Below, piece after piece: positions 8,002 to 17,569 of a stretch of 58,721 nucleotides of DNA. The stretch is from a bacterium. Lineage in GTDB: Bacteria; Desulfobacterota; Binatia; UBA12015. The notes under the pieces are model-generated. The model was not told where the DNA came from, did no database searches, and worked only from the letters and a program-made list of their open reading frames with translations. Position numbers and translations under genes: made by a program. The number at the start of each line of letters is the position of its first letter. Within the stretch, counting starts at the first letter, position 1. The DNA lies in assembly GCA_030430245.1 (NCBI GenBank), contig JAUIFY010000003.1:1-58721 (forward strand), in the 5' to 3' direction.

Positions 8002-10455
8002 TCAGCGTCGTTCCGTGGTCGGCTCGAGCCAGATCGGAGACGACCACGCGCGGTTGCCGTCCTTTTGCAGGACGCGGACGAAGGCGTAGCGGTCGCCCGG
8101 TCGCAGGGTGCTCCTGGCCCGCAACGTCGAACGCTTCGCTTCGGGGCGGAACGTCTCGTGTGGGGCGCCGTCGACCCAGAGCTCGACGACGTCGAGGGTG
8201 CCCGTGCCGGTGACCTCGATCTCGAGCGGGATCGGTCCCTCGGCGCGCACGATCTCCCCCATCCAGTGATCGCCGGAGCGGAACACGAGCTGGATCCGAT
8301 CGGTCGCTCCGTACGTCCGGCGTGAGCGGAGCGCATCGAACACCGAGTCGCGATCGAGGTCCTCGGTCCAGGCCGCCGCGTAGCTCGCGCCGGTGGAGAG
8401 ATGGTCGCTGCTCGCGATCATGCCGAGGTGGTACCCCATAGCGAGCGGCGCCTGCAGCTCGCGGACCGCGCTCACGTCGCGAAAGCCCTGGTAGACCTCC
8501 GCGAGCGGTCGTCGCTGGTCGTCCTGGTAGTCCCAGACGGTTCCGTTGAACGGCTCGTCCGGGATCGTGTGCGTCGTGTGCGGAATCGTGATCGTCCGAT
8601 CGTCGTCGATCTCGGCCCAGAACTCCGGCAAGGGAGGCGGGAAGTTCCTCAGCATGTCGTCGCGGAGTGAGATCACGTTGTGGTCGGTATCATCATGGCT
8701 GCGCTCGAACGAGTAGAAGGGATGAAAGACGCCGGGCGCGTGATGGCGTGTGACCTCCTTCGTCGCACGCCACCAGAGCAGGCTCTGGGCGTCGCCCTGG
8801 TCGATGTCGCGTGTGTGGTCCGTGATGCCGAGGAAGTCGAGCTGCTCGACGGAACGTGCGTACCGGTAGGCGTCGTCGAGGGACCCGTCGAAGAACGCGA
8901 AGCACAGGGAGATGTCGGTGTGTCGGTGGAGGTCGCCGAACACGAGGTGCCAACGCGTATCGGCGAGATCGAACGTCGGCGGCGTTTCCCGCAATGGCGG
9001 ATCGATCGGCGCCGGAGGGAGCGCGGACGGGGGACTCGCCAGCCTGGGTGGGGTGCCCGCGCGATCGACGTGCGCGATCGCGACGCCGCGCGGACGATCA
9101 TCCTCGCGGCGATCCGTGCGGCCCGTCGTCCAGGCTGCGCGGAAGCCGCTCGCGGTCGGCGTCAGCGCGAGGCGCTGATGACCATCGCGTTGGTCGTGCG
9201 CGAGTCGGTAGAGGGGCGACCATCCGTCCCCACCCAGCGCGCGGGCGTACAGGCGCCACCCGCTCTCGATGTGATGGTGGGTGATCTCGGGGCGGCCGAG
9301 CTGCGCCTGAGCGAAGTGGCGGTACACGACCCACGGCCGGCCGGATCCGTCGACCACGATCTCGGGCCTCTCGTAGTAGACGCCCATGTCGCGGACGCCG
9401 TCCCGGCGCGGACCGAGGTCGTCCAGGACGGCGTAGGAGGGGAGCTCGAGCGGCGGCGACTCGATCGGACGTCCGTCTTCCGACAGGGCCACGACGCGGA
9501 CGCGGCGGAAGCGGTGCAACGAGCCCCGGTCGTCCGTCGAGTTGTTCCAGGCCATGTCGTTGCCGATGTACCGCGCCCCCCAGCCACGCTCGCCTTCCTC
9601 CCAGGCGACCCAGAACGTCTGCGACTCCGGCGAGAACGCCGCGGTCGCGCGTCCCTCAAACCGATCCGAGTCGGTGAGGGCCAGGGGCGGCCCCAGTGTT
9701 CCGTCGCGCAGGGTCCGCGCGCGGACCTGGAACGACGAGCCGTCGTGCTCGTCCCAAACGATGAGCCCACGACCGAGCCCGCCGGCGATGTCGGGCGCCC
9801 ACGGACGCGACGCGGTCGAGCGTACGGTCGTCCATGTCGGCGCGGCGGGGATTCCCGGCCCCGGCGAGCGAGGTCCGTCCGTCGGGTGTTCCGGGGCGAC
9901 GGAGAGCGCGGTCAGGACGATGCGCGAGCCGGATCGGTCCTCCCGGCGGGCCACGATCAAAGGGGGACCGTTTCGTCCGGCGCTCGTGGCGTGCTCGGTC
10001 ACGTTCGCGCCCGGTGTCTCGATCGCGCCCCGGTCGACCTCCGTGCCGTCCGAGGCGAAGACTGCCCACGCGATCTCCCAGTGCTGCTCGGGCCGACGCT
10101 CCCACGTGAGCCAGGCGAAGGTGGCGTCGCCCCGGCGAGTCGAGGTCCAGGTCGGCCGCGCGAGTCGCGCACGCCCTCGCGGGGCGGCGACGGCGCGCCG
10201 GTCGATCCACGCCCCGCGTCTCCGTCGGCCGATCCACAGCGCGTCGCCCGTCGCCGGATCGTACTCGAGCCAGGCGAGCCATGTCGTGTCGCCGAGCTGG
10301 AGAATCGCCGGGTCGTAGCGGTTGCCTTCGAGGACGACGTCCGAGGCGAGATCGAGGCCAGGTGCGGGCGCGTCGTAGCGGAAGACCGGATCCTGCGACG
10401 CGGCGCACCCGCCGAGGACGAGCAGGAGCGCGAGAACCGGAGTCGAGGAGCGCAT
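8002..10455 (-). CDS. Lipoprotein with N-terminal Trp-rich repeat (propeller-like) region and C-terminal PHP/DUF3604-like metal-dependent phosphoesterase domain
   Basis: Lipobox LLVLGGC. Recurrent W-rich strands TWLAWLEYD, FAWLTWERR, FWVAWEEGE, PWVVYRHF. C-terminal His/Asp clusters GDLHRHTDIS, GITDHT, IPHTTH and IASSDH, as in PHP-type hydrolases. Confidence 0.7.
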   Translation of the reverse strand: MRSSTPVLALLLVLGGCAASQDPVFRYDAPAPGLDLASDVVLEGNRYDPAILQLGDTTWLAWLEYDPATGDALWIGRRRRGAWIDRRAVAAPRGRARLARPTWTSTRRGDATFAWLTWERRPEQHWEIAWAVFASDGTEVDRGAIETPGANVTEHATSAGRNGPPLIVARREDRSGSRIVLTALSVAPEHPTDGPRSPGPGIPAAPTWTTVRSTASRPWAPDIAGGLGRGLIVWDEHDGSSFQVRARTLRDGTLGPPLALTDSDRFEGRATAAFSPESQTFWVAWEEGERGWGARYIGNDMAWNNSTDDRGSLHRFRRVRVVALSEDGRPIESPPLELPSYAVLDDLGPRRDGVRDMGVYYERPEIVVDGSGRPWVVYRHFAQAQLGRPEITHHHIESGWRLYARALGGDGWSPLYRLAHDQRDGHQRLALTPTASGFRAAWTTGRTDRREDDRPRGVAIAHVDRAGTPPRLASPPSALPPAPIDPPLRETPPTFDLADTRWHLVFGDLHRHTDISLCFAFFDGSLDDAYRYARSVEQLDFLGITDHTRDIDQGDAQSLLWWRATKEVTRHHAPGVFHPFYSFERSHDDTDHNVISLRDDMLRNFPPPLPEFWAEIDDDRTITIPHTTHTIPDEPFNGTVWDYQDDQRRPLAEVYQGFRDVSAVRELQAPLAMGYHLGMIASSDHLSTGASYAAAWTEDLDRDSVFDALRSRRTYGATDRIQLVFRSGDHWMGEIVRAEGPIPLEIEVTGTGTLDVVELWVDGAPHETFRPEAKRSTLRARSTLRPGDRYAFVRVLQKDGNRAWSSPIWLEPTTERR

Positions 10456-10557
10456 CTCGGAAGTCTACCGCGACGGCGGACCGGGATGCCACGCAGGAAC
10501 CGCGCGTGCGGAGGGGGATGCGACAATCCGCGCACCGTAGGCTATCCGGTCTGGTCG

Positions 10558-12087
10558 ATGGATCTCGTGGCGAACTTCGCGCCGCTCGACGCGGCGATCG
10601 TCGTGCTCTATCTCCTCGCCGCGGTCGCTGTCGGAGTCGCCGCGAACCGCCGCATCGGTGGAGTCGCCTCGTATCTCGTCGGTGGCCGTGCCGCGGGGCC
10701 GGCACTCAACTCCGCGAGCTACATCGGAACGGGCCTCGGGCTCGTGACCCTGATGTACGCTTCGATCGACGCGTTCTCGAACGGATTCGCGTACGTCACG
10801 CTCGCCTTGATCAGTTTCACGGTGAGCGTCTTCCTTGGTCTGACCGGATTCGTCATCGCGCCCCTTCGTCGTCTCGAGTTGCTCACGATCTCCGAGTACT
10901 TCGAGCACCGATTCGACCGACGAACGCGGATCCTCGGAGGGGGCATCGGCGCGCTGGCCGGCATTCTGAACATGGGATTGTTCCCGAAGATGGGTGCGAC
11001 CTTCGCCACCTTCGTGACCGGCGCGTCGCTGACTGCGCCGGGCAGCGACACCACGATCAACCTGGTGATGTCCGTGCTCATCCTCCTGGTCGTCGCGTAC
11101 ACGATGCTCGGTGGGATGTTGTCGGTCCTCGTCACCGACTACCTCCAGTTCGTGGTGCTCAGCATCGGCCTGCTCGTGGGAGCGGCCGCGGTCCTCTCGC
11201 ATCCCGCCCTGGGGTGGGACCGAATCGTCGGAGCCATGGCCGAGCATCGTGGTCCCCGGATGTTCAGCCCGATTGCCGATGATGGCTACGGCTGGACCTG
11301 GGTCGTGTTCAACACGGTCGTTTTCTTCTCGGCGGCGATCTGCTGGGCGCCGGAAGCGTCGCGGGCGCTCACGGCGCGGGACGAGAAGGCGACGCGGCTC
11401 ACCTTCCTGCTCGCGGCTCCGGGGCAGTTCGTCCGCCTCGGCATTCCGGCGCTGTTCGCGACGGCGCTCTTCTGCCTCGTGACGCAGACCCCGGAGCTCG
11501 AGGCACACTTCTTCCCCGACGGTCTCGCCGCCGATCCCGAGAACGCCGAGCAGGCGATGCCGTTCTTGCTGGGCCGCCTCTTGCCGACGGGGATCCTCGG
11601 GCTCGTCGCGGCGGGTCTCCTGGCCGCGTTCATGTCGACGCACGACAGCTATCTGCTGTGCTGGTCCTCCGTGCTGACGCGCGACGTGATCGCACCGCTT
11701 CGCGGAGAGCTCACGGACGACGCGCAGATTCGCATCACGCGGCTCGGAGTGCTCCTGATCGGAGTGTTCCTGCTGATCTGGGGGGTGTGGTACGAGTTGC
11801 CCGAGAGCGTCTGGACGTACATGGCGGTGACCGGGACGATCTACATGAGCGGTGCGACGGTCGTCTTGATCGGTGGTCTCTATTGGAGGCGCGCGTCGAG
11901 CGCGGGCGCATTCGCGGCGCTGATCGGCGGCCTCACGGCGATCCTCGGGCTCTTCCGTGACGGACTCGCCGCTGTGACCGGCATCGACGTCCCGGGAGAG
12001 GTCATTGGCCTCTCGAGCTTTTTCTTCTGCGTGGTGTTGTTCGTCGTGTTCTCGCTCGTCTTTCCCGATTCGGAGGCGGAGAGATGA
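10558..12087 (+). CDS. Sodium:solute symporter (SSS) family transporter
   Basis: The true start is the ATG at 10558 (MDLVANFAPLDAAIVVLYLL...). The upstream 626 codons of the track ORF are antisense to the lipoprotein gene. The protein is hydrophobic and multi-pass throughout. Confidence 0.85.
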   Translation: MDLVANFAPLDAAIVVLYLLAAVAVGVAANRRIGGVASYLVGGRAAGPALNSASYIGTGLGLVTLMYASIDAFSNGFAYVTLALISFTVSVFLGLTGFVIAPLRRLELLTISEYFEHRFDRRTRILGGGIGALAGILNMGLFPKMGATFATFVTGASLTAPGSDTTINLVMSVLILLVVAYTMLGGMLSVLVTDYLQFVVLSIGLLVGAAAVLSHPALGWDRIVGAMAEHRGPRMFSPIADDGYGWTWVVFNTVVFFSAAICWAPEASRALTARDEKATRLTFLLAAPGQFVRLGIPALFATALFCLVTQTPELEAHFFPDGLAADPENAEQAMPFLLGRLLPTGILGLVAAGLLAAFMSTHDSYLLCWSSVLTRDVIAPLRGELTDDAQIRITRLGVLLIGVFLLIWGVWYELPESVWTYMAVTGTIYMSGATVVLIGGLYWRRASSAGAFAALIGGLTAILGLFRDGLAAVTGIDVPGEVIGLSSFFFCVVLFVVFSLVFPDSEAER

Positions 12088-12230
12088 CGACGCAGGCGCT
12101 CATCGAGCTCTGGGGATGGATCTACGCAATCGGACTCGGCGCGTTCTTCGTCCTCGCGTTGTTCGTCATTCCGCTCGGCGCACGCGACGTGTTGCGTCTC
12201 TTCGGGCCGTCGAAGAGAAGGCGCGGATGA
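12084..12230 (+). CDS. 48-aa single-pass membrane micro-protein, translationally coupled on both sides
   Basis: It is not in the ORF track (too short). ATG 12084 overlaps the symporter stop (ATGA). Its own TGA overlaps the next gene's ATG (ATGA at 12227-12230). GGAGG at 12072-12076 lies 7 nt upstream. Sequence: MTTQALIELWGWIYAIGLGAFFVLALFVIPLGARDVLRLFGPSKRRRG, i.e. a hydrophobic helix with a basic tail. Confidence 0.5.
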   Translation: MTTQALIELWGWIYAIGLGAFFVLALFVIPLGARDVLRLFGPSKRRRG

Positions 12231-13123
12231 AAGTCCGATTCGGGCCCCGGGAGGTCGACTTCCCCGGCGACCAGCTGTCGGACGAGCTTCGGGACTCGGC
12301 GGCGCTGGTCGGTGACGGACCCGCGCTCCAGACGCGGCTTGCCGCAGACGGGTATCTTCTTCTTCGCGGCTTCCATCCGGCCATCGAGGTCGAGGCGGCG
12401 CGCGCCGCGATTCTGGAGCATCTCGCGCGTCACGGAGCGCTCGCCGACGACACGCGGCCGCTCTCGGCGCGGTGCCCCCCGGAGCCATCGCCCCCGAACA
12501 TGAAGGGACAGCGTGCGATCACGCACCAGGCAGCGGTCGCCGAGATTCTCGAGGGCGGTCGCGTTCGCAGCCTCTTCGAGAGCGTGTTCGCCGACACCGT
12601 GAGGACGCTCGACTACAAGTGGCTCCGCGCGACGCCCCCGGGCGAGTTCACCGGAGTGCATGCGGATTCCGTCTACATGGGCCGCGGATCGCCGGCTCTT
12701 CTCACGTGCTGGGTCCCGTTTGGCGACGTGCCCCCGGAGCTCGGACCGATCGCGTTGTGCCTCGGGTCGGATCGGGACGGCGCCTATGAGCCGATTCGCG
12801 AGTCGTACGGCCGATCCGATGCCGACCGTGATCGCTACGGTGGGTGGCTGACCCTCGACCCCTTGGAGATCTCGGAGCGGTTCGGCGGTCGATGGAGCAC
12901 GACCTCGTTCGGGGCCGGGGACGTCCTCGTCTTCGGGATGCAGATGCTCCACGCGTCGCTCGTGAATGCGACGGACGAATATCGCTTGAGCTGCGATGCC
13001 CGATTTCAGCCCGCGCGCGATCCCGCCGACGCGCGTTGGGTCGGCGAGCAGGCGCGCGAGGCGAAATCGAGCGCGGGCCCGCACGTTGCGACGTCGGCGA
13101 TGCGTCGGGCCTGGCGCGTCTGA
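12227..13123 (+). CDS. Phytanoyl-CoA dioxygenase (PhyH) family Fe(II)/2-oxoglutarate-dependent oxygenase
   Basis: HxD facial-triad motif in FTGVHADSVYMG and a distal His in GMQMLHASL. AGAAGG lies upstream of ATG 12227. Confidence 0.8.
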   Translation: MKVRFGPREVDFPGDQLSDELRDSAALVGDGPALQTRLAADGYLLLRGFHPAIEVEAARAAILEHLARHGALADDTRPLSARCPPEPSPPNMKGQRAITHQAAVAEILEGGRVRSLFESVFADTVRTLDYKWLRATPPGEFTGVHADSVYMGRGSPALLTCWVPFGDVPPELGPIALCLGSDRDGAYEPIRESYGRSDADRDRYGGWLTLDPLEISERFGGRWSTTSFGAGDVLVFGMQMLHASLVNATDEYRLSCDARFQPARDPADARWVGEQAREAKSSAGPHVATSAMRRAWRV

Positions 13124-13132
13124 AGGCCGCGG

Positions 13133-14329
13133 TCAGCTCGCGAGCTCGACGGCGAGGGCCGTCGCCTCGCCGCCGCCGATGCAGAGTCCGGCGACGCCCT
13201 TGCGAAGCCCTCGCTTCCGGAGTGCGTGGAGCAGCGTCACCGCGATGCGCGCGCCCGACGCGCCGATCGGATGCCCGAGCGCGCACGCGCCCCCGTTCAC
13301 GTTCACGCGCTCGTGCGCCAAGCCGAGATCGCGCATGGCCGCCATCGTGACCACCGCAAACGCTTCGTTGATCTCCCAGAGATCTACGTCGTCGGTCGTC
13401 CAGCCGACCTTGTCGAGGAGCTTGCGCACGGCTCCGACCGGCGCCGTCGTGAACAGATTGGGCTCCTGAGAGTGCGTTGCGTGGCCGTGGATCACGGCTA
13501 GCGGCTTCGCGCTTCGCTTCTCCGCGGCGGAGTGGCGCATGAGCACGAGGGCCGCCGCACCGTCGGAGATCGAGCTGGAGGTCGCGGCCGTCACGGTCCC
13601 GTCCTTCGCGAACGCCGGACGCAACGTCGGGATCTTTTCGAGGTTCACCTGGAACGGCGCTTCGTCCTGGTCGACGACGCGCTCACCCTTTCTCGTCCTC
13701 ACGGTGACCACGGCGATTTCGTCCGCGAAGGTCCCGTCCTTCGAGGCGGCCTGCGCCCGGGTCACCGAGGTGCGTGCGAAGTCGTCCTGCATCTCGCGTG
13801 TGAAGCCGAACGCCGTCGCGCACTCCTCGGCGAAGGTTCCCATCGCACGTCCTTCGTCGTACGCGTCCTCGAGCCCGTCATAGAACATGTGGTCGAGGAG
13901 CTTGTCGCCGTGCCCCAGGCGAAAGCCCGTGCGTCCCTTCAAGACGAGGTAGGGCGCGTTCGTCATGTTCTCCATGCCTCCGGCGACCACGACGTCGTGA
14001 GAGCCAGCGATCAGGTTGTCGTATCCGAGCATCGCGGCCTTCATCCCGGAGCCGCACATCTTCGTGAGCGTCGTCGCGCCCGCGCTCCACGGGAGCCCGG
14101 CGGCGTGTGCCGCCTGCCGGGCGGGAGCCTGTTTGAGGCCCGCCATGAGACAGCAGCCCATCAATACCTCGCCGACGTCGTCTGCGGCGACGCCAGACCG
14201 CTGCATCGCTGCGCGGATGGCAGTGCCGCCGAGCTCCGTCGCCGCGACCCCCGCGAAGTCCCCGAGCATTCCCCCCATCGGCGTGCGCGCAGCGCCGACG
14301 ATGACGACCGGATCGTTCGATTGCGACAT
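13133..14329 (-). CDS. Acetyl-CoA C-acetyltransferase (thiolase II)
   Basis: Start MSQSNDPVVIVGAARTPMG preceded by GGAGGA. Nucleophile motif LTKMCGSGMKA, NEAFA, and C-terminal signature NVNGGACALGHPIGASGARI. Confidence 0.9.
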   Translation of the reverse strand: MSQSNDPVVIVGAARTPMGGMLGDFAGVAATELGGTAIRAAMQRSGVAADDVGEVLMGCCLMAGLKQAPARQAAHAAGLPWSAGATTLTKMCGSGMKAAMLGYDNLIAGSHDVVVAGGMENMTNAPYLVLKGRTGFRLGHGDKLLDHMFYDGLEDAYDEGRAMGTFAEECATAFGFTREMQDDFARTSVTRAQAASKDGTFADEIAVVTVRTRKGERVVDQDEAPFQVNLEKIPTLRPAFAKDGTVTAATSSSISDGAAALVLMRHSAAEKRSAKPLAVIHGHATHSQEPNLFTTAPVGAVRKLLDKVGWTTDDVDLWEINEAFAVVTMAAMRDLGLAHERVNVNGGACALGHPIGASGARIAVTLLHALRKRGLRKGVAGLCIGGGEATALAVELAS

Positions 14330-14381
14330 GGTTCTTCCTCCTTGGTTGGCACCTCGAGGCCTTAACAGTAGGCTTCGGCTC

Positions 14382-15533
14382 ATGCCGCATCGCAACGCGT
14401 GGATGACCGACGAGATTCAGGCCCTGTACGACCAGACGGTCGACTTCGTCGCGCGCGAGGTCGTCCCGCACGGGGACGCATGGGAGGCGGACGGCAAGAT
14501 CCCGCGCGAGATCCTGCGGAAGCTGGGTGCCTTGGGCATGCTCGGGCTTCGCGTCCCGGAGTCGCTCGGCGGCGTCGGCCTCGGCCCGATCGCGTCCGCC
14601 GCGTTCTCCGAGGCGCTCGGCTCGTCGACCTTCGGCGGCTTCGACGCGACGGTGCTCGTCCACACGGACATGGCGGGTCCCCACCTGGTGAACTCGGGAA
14701 CGAGGGAGCAGCACGAGCGTTGGATGCCGAGCGTGCTCTCGGGGGAGACGATCCTGTCGATCGGCGTGACCGAGCCCGACGCGGGTTCGGACGTCGCCGG
14801 CATCAAGACGACGGCGCGTCGCGACGGCGACGGCTGGGTTCTGAATGGGCGGAAGACGTTCATCACGAACGGCGTGTATGGGGACATGACGATCCTCGCC
14901 GCCCGCACCGACTCCGACAACAAGTACGGCATCTCGATGTTCCTCGTCCCGGCGGGAACGTCCGGATTCGAAGTCGCGAACAAGCTCGACAAGCACGGCT
15001 GGCGCTGCTCCGACACGGCGGAGCTCGTTCTGGAAGACGTCTACCTGCCGAGCGACCACTTGCTCGGCACCGAGCATCGCGGCTTCTACGAGACGATGCG
15101 CAACTTTCAGAACGAGCGCATGGTCCTGGTGGGCATGGGCATCGGTGCGGCCCAGAAGGCTCTCGACATCACGCTCAAGTACACCCAGGACCGTCCGGCC
15201 TTCGGCGGCCGTCTCTTCGATCTCGGAGCGATCCGCCAACGCCTCGCCATGGCGCAGGCGAAGGTCGATGCGGTGCGCGCCTCGATGTACCACGCGGCGT
15301 GGCTCGGCGAACAGGGAATCGACAACGTGAAGGCGATGTCCGGCGTGAAGGCGTGGGGCTGCGAAGTCGTGAACGAGGTGATGTACGAGTGCACCCAGTT
15401 CCACGGCGGCATGGGCTTCATGCGGGAATCCGCGGTCGAGCGCATGTACCGCGATGCGCGCGTCCTCACGATCGGTGGCGGCGCGACCGAGGTGATGCTC
15501 GAAGAGGTCGCGAAGCGGTCCGTCGTCGGCTGA
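14382..15533 (+). CDS. Acyl-CoA dehydrogenase (IVD/LCAD-like placement of catalytic base)
   Basis: Motifs GVTEPDAGSDVAG, KTFITNG and QFHGGMGF. The C-terminal IGGGATEV lacks the MCAD-type Glu, while NFQNERMVL supplies a helix-G Glu. The start is ATG 14382 or 14403. Confidence 0.9.
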   Translation: MPHRNAWMTDEIQALYDQTVDFVAREVVPHGDAWEADGKIPREILRKLGALGMLGLRVPESLGGVGLGPIASAAFSEALGSSTFGGFDATVLVHTDMAGPHLVNSGTREQHERWMPSVLSGETILSIGVTEPDAGSDVAGIKTTARRDGDGWVLNGRKTFITNGVYGDMTILAARTDSDNKYGISMFLVPAGTSGFEVANKLDKHGWRCSDTAELVLEDVYLPSDHLLGTEHRGFYETMRNFQNERMVLVGMGIGAAQKALDITLKYTQDRPAFGGRLFDLGAIRQRLAMAQAKVDAVRASMYHAAWLGEQGIDNVKAMSGVKAWGCEVVNEVMYECTQFHGGMGFMRESAVERMYRDARVLTIGGGATEVMLEEVAKRSVVG

Positions 15534-15542
15534 CCCGGGGGC

Positions 15543-16757
15543 CTACTTCCGGCCGTACTTGCCGAGCTCGAGTCGCGCGACCATGCCGCGGTGGACTTCG
15601 TCGGGGCCGTCCGCGATGCGTAGCGCCCGCGCGAGGCCCAGCAGGTACGTGAGCTCGGGGTCGGCCACGCCTTCGCCCCCGTGGATCTGGATCGCTGCGT
15701 CGGCCACCTGCTGAAGCACGTTCGGCGCGATGACCTTGATGGCCGAGATGTCGACGAGTGCGCCGAAGGTGCCGACCGTGTCGAGCGCCCACGCAGCCTT
15801 CAGGGTGAGGAGACGCGCCTGATCGATGGCCATGCGGCTGTTCGCGATGATGTCGCGGTTGCCGCCGAGATTCGCGAGGGGCTTCCCGAAGGCGACGCGA
15901 CCGAGGGCGCGCTCGCAGAGACGTTCGAGCGCCCGCTCTGCAGCCCCGATCGCCCGCATGCAGTGGTGGATGCGTCCGGGCCCAAGACGCCCCTGGGCGA
16001 TCTCGAACCCGCGGCCCGGTCCGGCGATGATCGCGTCGCGTGGCAGTCGAACGTCGTCGAAGACGATCTCCGCGTGGCCGTGCGGCTCGTCCAGGTGCCC
16101 GAGGACGGGCAGCATGCGGACGATCTCGATGCCGGGTGCGTCGCGCGGGACGAGCACCATCGAGTGCCGCTGGTGGCGCTCGGCCTCCGGGTCGGTCACG
16201 CCCATGAAGATGAAGAACGCGCAGCGGGGGTCGCCCGCGCCGCTCGTCCACCACTTCTGCCCGTTCAGGACGACCTCGTCGCCCACGACCTCGCACGTGG
16301 CCTGCATGTTCGTCGCATCGCTGGACGCGACGGCGGGCTCGGTCATCGCGAAGGCCGAGCGGATCTCGCCGGCGAGGAGCGGCTCGAGCCACCTTTGCCT
16401 TTGCTCGTCCGAGCCGTACTTGACGAGTACCTCGGCGTTGCCGGTGTCTGGGGCGTTGCAGTTCAGGGCCTCTGGCGCGAGGAAGCTGCGGCCGGTCGCC
16501 TCGGCGATGGGAGCGTAGTCGCGGTTGTCGAGTCCGGCCCCGTACTTCTCGTCGGGGAGGAAGAGATTCCAGAGCCCGAGCTCCCTGGCCTCGGCCTTCA
16601 GCTCCTCGATGACGGGTGGGATCCGCCACGCGCGCCAGTCGTCGGTGTGGCCGAGCTGCGAGGAGTACGTGGCCTCGTTCGGCACGACGCGCTCGCGGAC
16701 GAATCGCTCGGTCAGGTCGAGGTATCGCTGGCATCGCTCGGAATGGCTGAAGTCCAT
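15543..16757 (-). CDS. Acyl-CoA dehydrogenase, ACAD10/ACAD11/FadE2-type
   Basis: MDFSHSERCQRYL start. Motifs AMTEPAVASSDATN, KWWTSGAGDPRC, IHGGEGV and the subfamily-typical RIADGPDEVH near the C-terminus. Confidence 0.9.
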   Translation of the reverse strand: MDFSHSERCQRYLDLTERFVRERVVPNEATYSSQLGHTDDWRAWRIPPVIEELKAEARELGLWNLFLPDEKYGAGLDNRDYAPIAEATGRSFLAPEALNCNAPDTGNAEVLVKYGSDEQRQRWLEPLLAGEIRSAFAMTEPAVASSDATNMQATCEVVGDEVVLNGQKWWTSGAGDPRCAFFIFMGVTDPEAERHQRHSMVLVPRDAPGIEIVRMLPVLGHLDEPHGHAEIVFDDVRLPRDAIIAGPGRGFEIAQGRLGPGRIHHCMRAIGAAERALERLCERALGRVAFGKPLANLGGNRDIIANSRMAIDQARLLTLKAAWALDTVGTFGALVDISAIKVIAPNVLQQVADAAIQIHGGEGVADPELTYLLGLARALRIADGPDEVHRGMVARLELGKYGRK

Positions 16758-16799
16758 GCCCTCCGGTCTACACCGTGTCCGACCGGCGCGCGAAACGGG

Positions 16800-17441
16800 T
16801 CAGTAGAGGCCCTCGCCCCGTGCATAGCGCTCCGCTCGCTCGCGGTCGTAGGTCTCGGCGTCGAAGTCCCCGTCGCGAATCACCCGCATGATCTCGCCGC
16901 TCGACGGGAGATCGGTGCGTCGCTGGTAGTGTTCCGGGTCCCACACGGCGGAGCGGATGAACGCCTTCGAGCACTGCGGGTAGGCTTCGTCGACGTCGAT
17001 CAGGATGCCGAGCTCGGGACGCCTTCCGTTCACGGTGGATGGCTCGAGGAGCTCCGCGTCGGTCGTCAGCGTGGCTCGGCCGTTTACGCGGAACGTGTCG
17101 CCGATGCCAGGAAGCAGAAAGAGGAGCCCGACGTGCGGGTTCTGCAGGATGTTCCGCAGGGTGTCGGCGATCTTGTTCCCGGGGCGTTCGGGGAGGAGGA
17201 GGGTCGTGTCGTCGAGGATGCGGACGAATCCCGCGGGATCGCCGCGCGGGCTCACGTCGCAGTTGCCGCGTGCGTCGCTGGTCGCGATGCAGACCATCGG
17301 AGAACGTTCGATGAACTGTCGCGTGAGCGGGTTCAGTCGATCGGTCATCTTCGAGGCGACGATCGGCTTGGGGAAGCCGAGAAGGGCGCGAAGCTCCCCC
17401 TCGTCGCGAATGATCTCGGTCGTCCATGGATGATCTGCCAT
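16800..17441 (-). CDS. Pyridoxamine 5'-phosphate oxidase-like split-barrel flavoprotein
   Basis: The start is ATG at 17441 (MADHPWTTEII). The longer track ORF runs antisense into the crotonase gene. Motifs CDVSPRGDPAGFV, PERPGNKIADTLRNILQNPHVGLLFLLPG and TFRVNGRA. Confidence 0.75.
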   Translation of the reverse strand: MADHPWTTEIIRDEGELRALLGFPKPIVASKMTDRLNPLTRQFIERSPMVCIATSDARGNCDVSPRGDPAGFVRILDDTTLLLPERPGNKIADTLRNILQNPHVGLLFLLPGIGDTFRVNGRATLTTDAELLEPSTVNGRRPELGILIDVDEAYPQCSKAFIRSAVWDPEHYQRRTDLPSSGEIMRVIRDGDFDAETYDRERAERYARGEGLY

Positions 17442-17569
17442 CGGGCGATCATCGCACGAACTGCATGCCGAGTCCCACCCGGAGTGTTTCCACGGTCGAA
17501 TCGTCGGCGGCGGGCGGTCCGAGGACGCGACTCGTCGGAGGTCTCGCCGCGCGGAGGCGTTGCCGCGCT

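Noticed and set aside
8680-10557. N-terminal 626 codons of the ORF 8680-12087
   Set aside because: It is antisense to the well-supported PHP-like lipoprotein gene and has Arg/Gly-rich composition. Transporter homology begins only at ATG 10558.
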